Below the pieces are notes generated by a model. The model made no database searches. It was not told where the DNA came from and saw only the letters and a list, made by a program, of their open reading frames with translations. Below, in pieces: positions 31,032 to 41,600 of a stretch of DNA of 64,000 bases. The stretch's first letter is position 1; every line of letters begins with the position of its first letter. Both the position numbers and the translations under genes were made by a program. This DNA comes from an uncultured Verrucomicrobiae bacterium (GTDB taxonomy: Bacteria; Chlamydiota; Chlamydiia; Chlamydiales; Rhabdochlamydiaceae), in the NCBI GenBank assembly GCA_963818965.1, contig CAWFUG010000009.1, forward strand, positions 128,001 through 192,000, written 5' to 3'.

Positions 31032-31826
31032 ATGCACGACAATTTTAGCGATTATATTATCTTTGCTGATGAGAGTGGAGACCATGGCACTGCTTCGGTT
31101 AATCCAGAAAATCCAATTTTTGTGCTTGTATTTTGCATTTTTAGAAAGTTTGAGTATATTTCACTTGTCAAGCGAGCAATCTCCAAGTTTAAAATGGATT
31201 TTTGGGGACACGATCTCGTCGTGCTTCACAATCGCGAAATTCGGAAATCAACCGGGGAATTTTCCTCCCTTTTTAATGAGAGAAAAAGAGAGATTTTTCT
31301 CCAGGCTCTTAATGAGGTGATTGGAGACATTCCCTTCTCAATTGCAGCTACAGCTATAGACAAAAGGTGTTTCAGTCAGGAAACCCAAGCAAACAATCCC
31401 TATTTTTGGGCCCTTAGGTCTTGTCTGGAACAACTTCTTGGCTTTTTAACAATAGAACAGCAGCTCTCTCGACAAACACATATCATTGTTGAGAGTAGAG
31501 GCGCACCTGAAGATAAAGACCTTAGATTAGCATTCAATCGGTTTGCAGTGGACATGTTTCCTGATTCCAATGCCTTCAATTTGAGATTTGCGAGTAAACA
31601 AACCAATAGCAGTGGTCTTCAAATCGCAGATTTAGTAGCGCATCCTATCGCAAGGCATATCATAAAAAGAAATCAGCTGAATAAAGCCTTCGATGTTTTA
31701 AAAGAAAAGCTGCTGGGCTTTCCAGAATATGAAGGAAAAGGTCTGAAGCTCTACCCTCTAGAAAGCGAAATGCCCCGACTTACGTCGAGGCAAGGCGCCG
31801 ATCGGGAACTCCCGGTCCATTTATGA
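31032..31826 (+). CDS. DUF3800-family protein (RNase H-like acidic motifs)
   Basis: IFADESGD, LHNREIRK, IIVESRG, GLQIADLVAHPIAR. Confidence 0.85.
   Translation: MHDNFSDYIIFADESGDHGTASVNPENPIFVLVFCIFRKFEYISLVKRAISKFKMDFWGHDLVVLHNREIRKSTGEFSSLFNERKREIFLQALNEVIGDIPFSIAATAIDKRCFSQETQANNPYFWALRSCLEQLLGFLTIEQQLSRQTHIIVESRGAPEDKDLRLAFNRFAVDMFPDSNAFNLRFASKQTNSSGLQIADLVAHPIARHIIKRNQLNKAFDVLKEKLLGFPEYEGKGLKLYPLESEMPRLTSRQGADRELPVHL
31760..31823 (-). ncRNA. Candidate DUF3800-associated small structured RNA, antisense to the gene 3' end
   Basis: Minus strand: hairpin CGGG-AGUU-CCCG, then GCCUCGAC-GUAA-GUCGGGGC (GNRA loop, G-U pair) and a pyrimidine tail; TTGCGC-18-TATAAT directly upstream. Confidence 0.55.
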
Positions 31827-31830
31827 TACC

Positions 31831-31860
31831 ATTATATATGAGAAGAATATATATGCGCAA
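31831..31860 (-). promoter_or_regulatory. Promoter pointing into the DUF3800 3' end
   Basis: Minus-strand TTGCGC-18 nt-TATAAT. Confidence 0.55.
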
Positions 31861-31907
31861 TGGCATTTGATCCCCAACGAATCTATCCAAACTCAGGAGC
31901 GTGAAGA

Positions 31908-32708
31908 ATGAGAAATTTTTGTCTGTTTGCTTTTTTGATGTGCCTAGGGAGCTTTACAGGAAAGCTCGAAGCTGAAAATGCACAATTTGATCCATTCATC
32001 GCTCAGCACCTTGCTTTGGATCTAGATGGGAAAATCGTTGTTCCCCGCCACTTGAAGCATGTTAAGCTAGATATCGGATTATCTTATAATGCGCCTATAG
32101 CGGGGTATTGGCTGGATCATGAAGAAGATCTAGTGGTATTCGGCTTTGAACCAAATCCTGCTGCTATAGAGGAAATTAAAAGGGGAGGTGTAAAAAAACG
32201 CCCCTACCATGGGGAGCCTCTAGACCCTCGCTACATCGGCACCCGTTTTTTCCTAGTGCCTTGTGCTCTTGGATTGTCTACAGCGACGACAGTTCCTTTT
32301 TATGTCACAGCAGCCGATTGCGGATGTAGTAGTCTCTATGAGCCTAAAGATTTCGAAGTAGCGGACATCATTGAAGTTCCTTTATTTTCTTTATCAGATT
32401 TCTTCGATCGATTCCCCTTCGACACGCATCCCGTCATCGATTACATTAAAATCGATGCGCAAGGATCTGATCTTAATATTGTAAAAAGTGCTGGAAACTA
32501 CTTATCGGAACGGGTTGTTTATATCACCCTCGAACCAGAAGATTTTGAGTATCGAAACACGGCAAATTCAGAAAGTGCTATCGAATACTATATGAACAGT
32601 ATTGGGTTTATGAGACATCGTTCATCCCACACAGTAGATCCAACCTATATCAATATCCGCTTTTTACAATACGCAAAAGAGAACAACATCCAGATTTATC
32701 AGTACTGA
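31908..32708 (+). CDS. FkbM-family methyltransferase with signal peptide
   Basis: LDIG, VFGFEPNP, IDYIKIDAQGSD. Confidence 0.8.
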   Translation: MRNFCLFAFLMCLGSFTGKLEAENAQFDPFIAQHLALDLDGKIVVPRHLKHVKLDIGLSYNAPIAGYWLDHEEDLVVFGFEPNPAAIEEIKRGGVKKRPYHGEPLDPRYIGTRFFLVPCALGLSTATTVPFYVTAADCGCSSLYEPKDFEVADIIEVPLFSLSDFFDRFPFDTHPVIDYIKIDAQGSDLNIVKSAGNYLSERVVYITLEPEDFEYRNTANSESAIEYYMNSIGFMRHRSSHTVDPTYINIRFLQYAKENNIQIYQY

Positions 32709-32732
32709 GTGGCATTGTTGCTTAAATAGCTG

Positions 32733-32804
32733 AATCTCACCACAGAGATGGAAAACCACAGAGAGGAAATTCATATTAAAAAATTTCCTCTCTGTGGTGA
32801 GATT
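32733..32804. repeat. ACCACAGAG composite palindromic repeat, copy 3
   Basis: aatctcaccacagagatggaaaaccacagagaggaaatt...aatttcctctctgtggtgagatt. Confidence 0.9.
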
Positions 32805-33000
32805 GCATATATTCAGAATGGAATGATGGGGAGCTAGATTAGGTCCTCATGAATTCGGATTTTAATTAATGTTAATTAATAGTAGAACTTAAGCATAGTT
32901 GCTGTCTATGTTAATTTTTTTTACTACATAATACGCATTAAAGATAGCTTAGGCTTAGTATTGAACATAAGTTGGTTGGGAAATCGACTTAAAAAATGTT

Positions 33001-35970
33001 TTAAATCGGTACGATGGGCAGTGCACGCCCTTCCGGGCTGAGCAAGACATTCTCTCGCTCGAGGAGCTCTTGGCCAGCGCAGCAGACGACGATCCCTTTT
33101 TCTTTTTGGGGGAGGAGCTCTTGTGTAACGACCCGCTGGAGGTCTTGGGTGGTGAGGGCGAAGAGGCGGTCGCGGTAGTCTTGGCGCATCTTACGCGGTT
33201 TGCCGTCCCGTTTCCAGCTGTAGGCTGTGATCGCTCGACTGCCAGGAGAGATCGGCGCATCGAACTGTTGGAGGATACCGAGTTTGGCTTCCTCGAGATC
33301 TTTGGAATCGAAGTGGCCAGAGGCGATTTCATCGATGGAATCGCGGAAGGCACGCAGGGTAGAGATCAGGTGGGGATCGCGGTAAGCGTGGAAGTAGAAG
33401 AGGCCCGTCATTGCATTGTAGCTCGCTCCGCAGCCGTAAGCTCCCCCTTGTTCTCTGATTTTGCGGTGTAGCACTTTGTTGTCGAAGAGCAGGGTTGAAA
33501 TCGTGAGGGCAGGAGAATGGGGATGCAGGTAAGGGGCTACCTTGAATGCTTCTGCAGTAAAGGCGACTTGTGATGAGATGGGGCGCGCTTGAGATTCTGG
33601 TTTAGGTAGAGAATAGTCGATGATCCACGGGGTGAATGACTTAGAGGGAACGAATTCTCCAAGGCCGTAGAAATCCCGCTTTTCTAAGTTTTGTAACATC
33701 CCTTCCGAGCAGCTTAAGACGAGATGGGGACGGTGAAAAGTCATGAGCTTTTCTGCGAGCTGGATGAGTTTGTCGATTAAGGGAGAGATGTCGGAAGAGA
33801 GGGCATGGCTGAGCTCTTCGATCAGTTTAAAGTAGCGCAGGCCGTACCAAGATTCGCTGATATAAGCAGCTTGCGAAAATCCTTTTAGGGCCAGTTGCAC
33901 CGCATAGCGTAGGCCTTGTCGATTGAGGCGATTGAGCTGACCATCGCGCAGTTGCAAAATGAGCTCTTTGATCCGCTCTTTTTCATCGAAGCGTGGTGCT
34001 AAGACAGTCTCCTTCATCAGCTGGAAGAGATGCTCCGCATTTCTGTAGAGGGCTTTTCCCCTTAAGTTGAAAGAAGGTTTGAAGAGGTTGTAATCGGATG
34101 CTTGGTGGTGCAAAGCGCAGGAAGCGCCGATTCCTCCTGTGTATGCTTGCATGAAGGAGAGGTTTTCTTCATAGGAGCGTTTTCCGCTACCGACTTCTGT
34201 GAGCAAAGAGGTGAGCAAATGGACGTAAGGCAGATCCGCATCTTCGATGTGAGAGAGATCGAAAATGAGGTCGGCGTAGAGGATCTGGTTAGTGAAGCAG
34301 TCGTGGTGGAAGACTTCGAGGTTTTTGTGACAGAGCTCTGTCAACGAAAGATCGCGCGCGAGAGGGGTGACGTCGTCGATGCTGACTTTGGGTAGGCAAT
34401 CGAGGGATTGCGTTTCCGTCGCCTTCTGAAATTCAGAGAGGTTTTCCGCTTGTTGGAGGATCTCTTCGATTTGGGGCTCTGTGAGATGACTTTCTCTTTC
34501 TTGCAGCTCTTTTTTTTCTGCGGCGATTTCTTCCGCCGAAAGATTCGCATCGGGGTGCATGACGAGGCGGACGGTGTGAGGGTTATCGAGGAAATACCGC
34601 TCGATGAGTCCAGGCAGGTATTTAGGATCTTTTACATTTTGCAGAAGTTTTTCAAAGAGAGTGTGTAGACCCAAAGAGTTCTCAGAAGGGCAGCCGTGTT
34701 GTTTGGCCAATGCAGAGCGCATGAACAGGGTCAAGCCAAAGGGGGAGTGATCTCCTGTGATCTCAGAGCGAGAGAGCTCGAGTTGATGGATTGCAGCGTC
34801 GATGAGCTCTTGAGGGATTCCTCTTTCTGCAATTGTGCGGAGTGTCTTTTTCAAAAAGCTCTCCAAGGCGTCGACTTTTTTTGCGTTACAGCCTTTACAG
34901 ACGAGAATATACGGCACTTCGCTCATCTCCGCATCCATGATGGCATCGGTCTGTACGCAGAGTTTTGATTGCAAGAGGGCATGGCGGAGAGGAGAGGCGT
35001 CTGTCTCCATGAGGATAGAGTCGAGCACGGAAAGGGCGAGGACCTCTTCTTGGTCCAACAAGGGTGTCGTGAGAAAGCCAAAGGCGACCGTCGTTCGGTC
35101 TTTCGTGGGCTCCGCTTCGTTCACAGGGTAGCGCATCTCTTTGTAGACGGGGGCTTTGAACCGTTTTTGTAAGGGGATGGGTGGAAGAGGCGGCAGAGCT
35201 TGGATGTTTTTCAGGGCGTTTTCAGCGAGGAAATCGAGGTGTTTTTTGAGAGGGAGATCGCCGTAGAAAAAGAAGAGGCACCGAGAGGGGTGGTAATAAG
35301 TCTTGTGAAAGGCGACGAGTTCTTCATAAGTGAGGTTGGGGATCTCACTCGGATCTCCTCCTGAATTGAAAGCATAGGGAAGATCAGGAACGAGCTCTTG
35401 CATTATCTTGTGCCACAGGCGAGAATCTGCCGAAGCGAGGCTTCCTTTCATCTCATTGAAGACGATGCCGCGGTGCTCCAGCGGGCTCTTGGGGTCCTTA
35501 GGGTTGCTGAATTCCAAACGGTGCCCTTCCTGCAGAAAGCTCATTTTTTTGAGTTCAGGATGAAAGACCGCATCGAGATAGACGGCAAGTAAGTTGTAAA
35601 AATCTTTTTCATTGAGCGAGGCGGCGGGGTAGCACGTGAAATCGGAGCCGGTTAGGGCATTCATAAAGGTATGCAGGCTGCGGCGACTCATAGCGAAAAA
35701 AGGGTCTTTGACAGGGAATTTTTTAGAGCCGCAGAGGACGGTATGCTCTAAAATGTGGGCAACTCCGTTAGAGCTCGAAGGAAGAGTTTGGAAAGAGAGG
35801 CAAAAGAGATTTTCAGGGTCGTCATTGGCGATGTGCATGACCGAAGCGCCTGAAGGAAGATGCTCTAACTCCTTGAGGGTGCAATTGAGCTCTTTGAGCT
35901 CTACGATTTTTGTCACCGCAAAATCGCCGTAGCGCTCTCCCAACCGATCGAAAAGATGTGTATCTGACAT
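33001..35970 (-). CDS. Insulinase-family (M16C, PreP-like) zinc metalloprotease
   Basis: HILEH inverted zinc motif, MNALT, GIVFNEMKG, IREQGGAYG. Confidence 0.93.
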   Translation of the reverse strand: MSDTHLFDRLGERYGDFAVTKIVELKELNCTLKELEHLPSGASVMHIANDDPENLFCLSFQTLPSSSNGVAHILEHTVLCGSKKFPVKDPFFAMSRRSLHTFMNALTGSDFTCYPAASLNEKDFYNLLAVYLDAVFHPELKKMSFLQEGHRLEFSNPKDPKSPLEHRGIVFNEMKGSLASADSRLWHKIMQELVPDLPYAFNSGGDPSEIPNLTYEELVAFHKTYYHPSRCLFFFYGDLPLKKHLDFLAENALKNIQALPPLPPIPLQKRFKAPVYKEMRYPVNEAEPTKDRTTVAFGFLTTPLLDQEEVLALSVLDSILMETDASPLRHALLQSKLCVQTDAIMDAEMSEVPYILVCKGCNAKKVDALESFLKKTLRTIAERGIPQELIDAAIHQLELSRSEITGDHSPFGLTLFMRSALAKQHGCPSENSLGLHTLFEKLLQNVKDPKYLPGLIERYFLDNPHTVRLVMHPDANLSAEEIAAEKKELQERESHLTEPQIEEILQQAENLSEFQKATETQSLDCLPKVSIDDVTPLARDLSLTELCHKNLEVFHHDCFTNQILYADLIFDLSHIEDADLPYVHLLTSLLTEVGSGKRSYEENLSFMQAYTGGIGASCALHHQASDYNLFKPSFNLRGKALYRNAEHLFQLMKETVLAPRFDEKERIKELILQLRDGQLNRLNRQGLRYAVQLALKGFSQAAYISESWYGLRYFKLIEELSHALSSDISPLIDKLIQLAEKLMTFHRPHLVLSCSEGMLQNLEKRDFYGLGEFVPSKSFTPWIIDYSLPKPESQARPISSQVAFTAEAFKVAPYLHPHSPALTISTLLFDNKVLHRKIREQGGAYGCGASYNAMTGLFYFHAYRDPHLISTLRAFRDSIDEIASGHFDSKDLEEAKLGILQQFDAPISPGSRAITAYSWKRDGKPRKMRQDYRDRLFALTTQDLQRVVTQELLPQKEKGIVVCCAGQELLERENVLLSPEGRALPIVPI

Positions 35971-36199
35971 TGCCCCTGTCCTTATCTGATAAAAGATTTC
36001 GATTATAGAGGGCTGAGGGCTTTTTTTACTAGGTCAATGAGATCAGAGCCTGAGTGGGATAGGTTCAAAGGGGTAAATAAATTTATTGTCGCGTTTGGGG
36101 TTTTTAGTTAAATTTTTTATTTTAATTATTTAGATTAATTTAAGTTTATTGTATTGTTAGGAAAAACGAATTAAGTATTTGTGAAAATAAGGTGTTAGA

Positions 36200-37408
36200 A
36201 TGTTATCAGCAGATTTGAGAAGTTGTTTTGATTTAGTGCCTTCTTGTAAGGGATTTGATGATTATTCCCATCGGGTATTTCCTAGTGCTTGTAATGAGGG
36301 CGGAAAGGGAAAAACGCTGTCCGCACTATCGAGGCGGCCCGTATTAGGGGTTGACGAGGGGCATAATGCCGTTGTAGGAGTGGGTGGGATGTTTTTATTA
36401 AACATTGCTGCGATGAGAGGAGAAGGTTGCAAGGAGCTTTCTTCAAGAATCAGTTCTGTAATCGTGCTCGATCGAAGCTTGCGTATGGAAAAGTTTTGGA
36501 GCGCGGTTGCTGAGATTATCCAGAGCTCTGACAATAAAGAGACGGCATATGATAAAATTGATGAACTCTTAGAATGTAGAAAAGAAGAATTTTTTTCTGG
36601 GTATTCTAACGATCCTGAGATAGAGGCAAAGGAAATTCAATCTATTTTCGAGGAGGAAGTTTTTTATCTACAACGAGACAAGAATGAAAACATCTGTTGG
36701 TTGTCTACAAATGAACGATTTGAGAAAATTAAGATGATCTTCGAGTCTGGATGTTTTATTTTTAAAAGAGTGGATGTGTTTGGAGACCAAGGGCCTGCTT
36801 TAAGACGAGCGTTCATCTCCGCTAATGTGAAAATCGATACTCTTTATCTTTCTAATACATCTGAATACTGCACTTTTAATGGGGATAGAAAGCGTTCGCA
36901 ATTTTTACAATTTATCTCTTCTGTTTTGTGTAAAGAGACAATGAATCAAAATGCGAAAATTTGCTTCACAATTTACAGGGATTGTTTCCGTTGTTATCCT
37001 TTAAGGTTGAAAACAATCGAATTGACTACAAAAATTGTAGAGGCAAGGATGGCAAAAACGGGTGAAAGGGAAGAGAAAAGCGTACAACACTTCATTTCTC
37101 AAGTCGCTGTTGATTCAAAAGTGGAAATTTGCGACTTGAGTGGTCTCATCATCAATCTTGAGCAAAACTTCGATCAGATATTCACGATATTGCGGCGTAC
37201 ACAGATTGCATTAAGTAAAGAGGAACTCGAGGGACTATTAGTTTGTCTCAAAGAAGGTCAAGCGGTGTGTTTCAATGAAAATGACAACTGCGAAGGAAAA
37301 GAGAAAATGCGGACCCTCAAAAGTTATTTGTCACCCCAGATGTTAAGTTTCGCAGAACACGTATTCCAGCTGGTCTCTCCTCATTTAACTCGTTTCATAC
37401 GATATTAA
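36200..37408 (+). CDS. AT-rich hypothetical protein
   Basis: 402-aa ORF after a very AT-rich intergenic region. Confidence 0.75.
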   Translation: MLSADLRSCFDLVPSCKGFDDYSHRVFPSACNEGGKGKTLSALSRRPVLGVDEGHNAVVGVGGMFLLNIAAMRGEGCKELSSRISSVIVLDRSLRMEKFWSAVAEIIQSSDNKETAYDKIDELLECRKEEFFSGYSNDPEIEAKEIQSIFEEEVFYLQRDKNENICWLSTNERFEKIKMIFESGCFIFKRVDVFGDQGPALRRAFISANVKIDTLYLSNTSEYCTFNGDRKRSQFLQFISSVLCKETMNQNAKICFTIYRDCFRCYPLRLKTIELTTKIVEARMAKTGEREEKSVQHFISQVAVDSKVEICDLSGLIINLEQNFDQIFTILRRTQIALSKEELEGLLVCLKEGQAVCFNENDNCEGKEKMRTLKSYLSPQMLSFAEHVFQLVSPHLTRFIRY

Positions 37409-37474
37409 AAAACGACCTTGTTGCATAAATGCAGAGGCGCAAAGAAAATATTAATTGCGTCTCTGCGTGATCTC

Positions 37475-38516
37475 TTACCAGGTTAACGAAGAGGAAGACT
37501 GGTATTCGGTCACTCGGGTTTCGAAGAAGTTCTTCTCTTTGCCGAGGTCGATCGTCTCGCTCATCCAGGGGAAGGGATTTTTAGAGCGGTAGAGAGCTTT
37601 TAGGCCGATGCGCTCGAGTCTTCTGTCTGCGACGTGTTGGACATATTCGCGGAACATCGGGGCGGTCAGGCCTAAGATACCTCTAGGGAGGCAGTCTTCG
37701 GCATAGGCGATTTCCAGCTCAACTGCTTGTTGGACTCTTTCGATGATGTGAGCTTGGAACTCAGGTGTCCAGAGATGGGGATTCTCCTCTTTGATCCCGT
37801 TGATCAGATCGATGCCGAAATTGAGGTGGATCGTCTCATCGCGCAAGATGTATTGGAATTGTTCTCCGACTCCCGTCATCTTGTTCTGGCGGTGGAAAGA
37901 GAGGATCATCACGAAGCCGCTGTAAAAGAAGATCCCTTCCATGATGATGTAATAACCGATCAGATTCTCTAAGAATTTTTGCGCTCCCTCAGGAGTTGAG
38001 GTGGTGAAGTCGGTTTTTAAGATATCTGCTGTCAACTCCATCTCGAAGCTGTCTTTATCGTGGATGGTGTTGATCTCATTGTACATGTTGAAGATCTCTC
38101 CCTGATCGAGGTTGAGAGATTCTACGATGTAGAGAAAGGTATGGGTGTGGATCGCCTCTTCAAACGCCTGGCGCAACAGGTATTGGCGCACCTCTGGGTT
38201 GGTGACGTGCTTGAAGATGGCAGAGGACGATGTTATTGCCCACTAGGCTCTCTGCTGTGCTGAAGAAGCCCAAATTGCGCATGATGACCCGTTTTTCATC
38301 TTCTGAAAGGGTGTTGGATTTCCAGAGCTCGATGTCTTTGGCCATGGAAACTTCTGTGGGCATCCAATGGTTGGCACAGCCGTTGAGGTAATGCTCCCAC
38401 GCCCACTTATACTTGAGGGGCATGAGTTGGTTGACGTCGACTTGATTGCAGTTAATGAGTCTCTTTTCTGAGACGTTAACTCGTCCTTGTATTTCTTGGT
38501 TCTGAGCATTTGACAT
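37475..38516 (-). CDS. nrdB: Ribonucleotide reductase beta subunit, class Ic type; one frameshift near 38225
   Basis: [51 protein letters not shown]. Confidence 0.95.
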
Positions 38517-38530
38517 AGTATTTTCCTTAC

Positions 38531-38606
38531 CTATCCCAGTAAAATTTTTCGTCGATTTTCGGCGCAAAATAATCCCGAAAATCGACGAAAAATTTTACTG
38601 GGATAG
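38531..38606. repeat. Perfect 32-bp inverted repeat between nrdA and nrdB
   Basis: ctatcccagtaaaatttttcgtcgattttcgg / exact reverse complement, 12-nt loop. Confidence 0.92.
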
Positions 38607-38612
38607 ATTCTG

Positions 38613-41600
38613 TTATTGGCAGCTTTCGCAGCCTTCTTCTAAATTACATACGATCGGTTTTGTCTCTTCCCGGTCGACTTGGATATTGCTCGATGCCGAT
38701 TTGTTCTTCATCCAACGCGGCTGTAAGCCTCGCTTATTGGCATCTGTGGTCGATTTCTCGATTTGGGTCGCTCCCAAGCTGCGCAGGTAGTAGGTCGTCT
38801 TAAGTCCCTTATTCCACGCGAGCAGGTACATCTGATGGAGTTTTTTGCCGCTCGGCTCTGCCAGATAGAGGTTCAACGATTGTCCCATGTCGATCCACTT
38901 TTGACGGCGGCTCGCGCATTCGATGATCCACTCTGGATCGATCTCAAATGCAGTCAAGAAGACTTGTTTGATCTCTTGTGGAATTCTTTCGATCTCTGCG
39001 ATAGAGCCGTCGAAATACTTGAGGTCATCGAGCATCTCTTTATCCCACATTTTGAGTTTTTTGAGTTGTTCGACGAGGTAGGTATTGGGGATCGTGAACT
39101 CACCAGAGAGGTTCGATTTCACAAAGAGGTGTTTGTACATCGGCTCGATCGATTGGGTCGGGCCCATGATATTGGAGATAGTAGCTGTCGGGGCGATCGC
39201 CATCGTATTGCTGTTGCGGATCCCATACTTTTGGATCGACTCTCTGACCTTGCTCCAGTCCATCGAGGAAGCGCGGTCCATGTGGATCGTCTCACCCCTT
39301 TCCTTTTCGAGTAGATCGATCGTATCGATTGGCAACAAGCCTCTATCCCACTTAGAGCCGCGGTAGCTCTCATAAGTGCCTCGCTCTTTTGCCAGTTCGC
39401 TGGAGGAGAGGAGGGCATAATAGGAGATCGTTTCCATGCAGGTGTCTGCGAATTGGACAGCTTCATGGCTGGCATAGCTCAAATTCAAGATATAGAGCGC
39501 ATCTTGGAAGCCCATGATTCCCATCCCGATAGGGCGGTGGCGCTGGTTGGCGTTCGCCGCTTCTTTCGTTGGATAGAAATTGATGTCGATTACGTTGTCG
39601 AGCATCCGGACTGCCGTTCGGATCGTCGTGCTGAGTTTTTTCTCATCGAGCCCTTGTTCTGTCATGTGTTCGATCAGATTGATCGAACCTAAGTTACACA
39701 CCGCCGTTTCCTGCTCATTTGTATTGAGGAGGATCTCTGTACACAGGTTGGAGCTGTGGATGACCCCGACGTGGTCTTGAGGAGAGCGGATGTTCGAAGG
39801 GTCTTTGAATGTGACCCAAGGATGGCCCGTTTCAAAGAGCATGCTGAGCATTTTGCGCCACAGCTGCATCGCTTCGATGCGCCTGTAGAGCTTGATTTTG
39901 CCTTCATCTGCGAGCTTCTCATACTCCTCATACCGTTTTTCGAAGGCAGCACCGCAGAGATCGTGTAGATCGGGTGTATCGCTCGGGCTAAAGAGGGTCC
40001 AATTTCCATTGGCATTGACCCGCTTCATGAAGAGATCGGGAATCCAGTTAGCAGTATTCATGTCGTGGGTACGTCTGCGCTCATCGCCTGTGTTTTTACG
40101 CAGCTCGAGGAAATCTTCGATATCTAGGTGCCAGGTCTCGAGATAAGCGCACATCGCTCCTTTCCGTTTGCCCCCTTGATTCACAGCGACAGCTGTGTCG
40201 TTGGCGACTTTTAGGAAGGGGATGACTCCTTGGCTCTTTCCATTGGTCCCTTTGATCATCGCTCCCGTCGCTCTGACATTCGTCCAGTCGTTGCCGATTC
40301 CCCCTGCGAATTTCGAGAGTTGAGCATCGTCTGAGATCACCTTGAAGATGTGGTGCAAATCGTCCTGAGTCGTCGACAGGAAGCAGGAGCTGAGCTGTGA
40401 ATGCATCGTCCCTGAATTGAAGAGAGTCGGCGTCGCAGAGCAGAACAGGAATTTAGAGAGAATGTCATAGAACTCGATCGCCCGCTCTGTCTTTTGTTCT
40501 TTTTCATTGAGAGCAAGCCCCATCGCGACGCGCATCCAGAAGATCTGCGGGGTCTCTAAGCGGATCTCTTCGTGGTGGATGAAGTACCGGTCGTAAAGAG
40601 TTTGAAGGCCCAAATAAGTGAATTGATCATCTCTTTGCAAAAGCATCGCATAGGAGAGTTTATCCAAATCGAACTCGAGGAGTTGTGGATCGATCCGATC
40701 GACGGAGATGCCGAACTTGAGGTACTGCTTGAAGTACTGGCGGTGTCTCGATTCGAGCTGAGGATCGGAAGCTCCCATCTGCATCGTCTCTTTGTAGAGG
40801 ATATCGACCAGAAGGCGAGCGGCTACTTTTGAGTAGGCGGGTTCGATTTCGATCTTCGAGCGAGCTGCCATCACGGTTGCCGATTCGATCTCATGCTCTT
40901 TAATTCCCTCATAGAAATTGGTAATCGCACTTTGGAGCAGCTCCTCTGCAGAGACGATTTCCTCGAGACCGCGACAGGAAAATTTGAAGCGTTGGTAGAG
41001 TTGCTCCTCTGAGATCACCTGAGTCGAGCCATCTCTTGCTACGAAATGGAACTGGCGCGCCTTCTTCTCTTCTTGGGGATGGGGATGCGCAAAGGAAGAC
41101 GACTCTTGTCCCAAAGAGGCCCTTTTTAGGATGAAGTACTTTGCGATGTCGAAGAATCCCTGCCGCATCAACTGCTGTTCGATCTCATCATCGATGAGAG
41201 CGGGAGTGAGGGTGTTCCCTGCTTTGGCAAGAGAGACGGCGCGGGCGACGACATCTTGCGTGAGCCGATTGACCGCTTCGACGATCTCTTCTGTTGCAGG
41301 ACCTTCGATCTGGCGCAAAAAGCGGAAAGCATCTTCGATCGAAGAGGTGATTTTCATCAGGTTAAAGCGTGCTACAGTTCCATCTTCGCGGAGGACTTTG
41401 AGGTTTTGGGGAGAATCTTCCCGCAGCGCTTTATGTTGGTCACGGTAGATGATGTAATCTCTTCCGATATCGTGGTATCCCGCTTTCATGAGACACACTT
41501 CGACCTGATCCTGGATCCCTTCTACGGTTAACGAGGCGCCTTTAGAGGCTAGCAGGAATAGATCGGCGATGACGAGGTCTGTGAGTTGATCGATGGTAGC

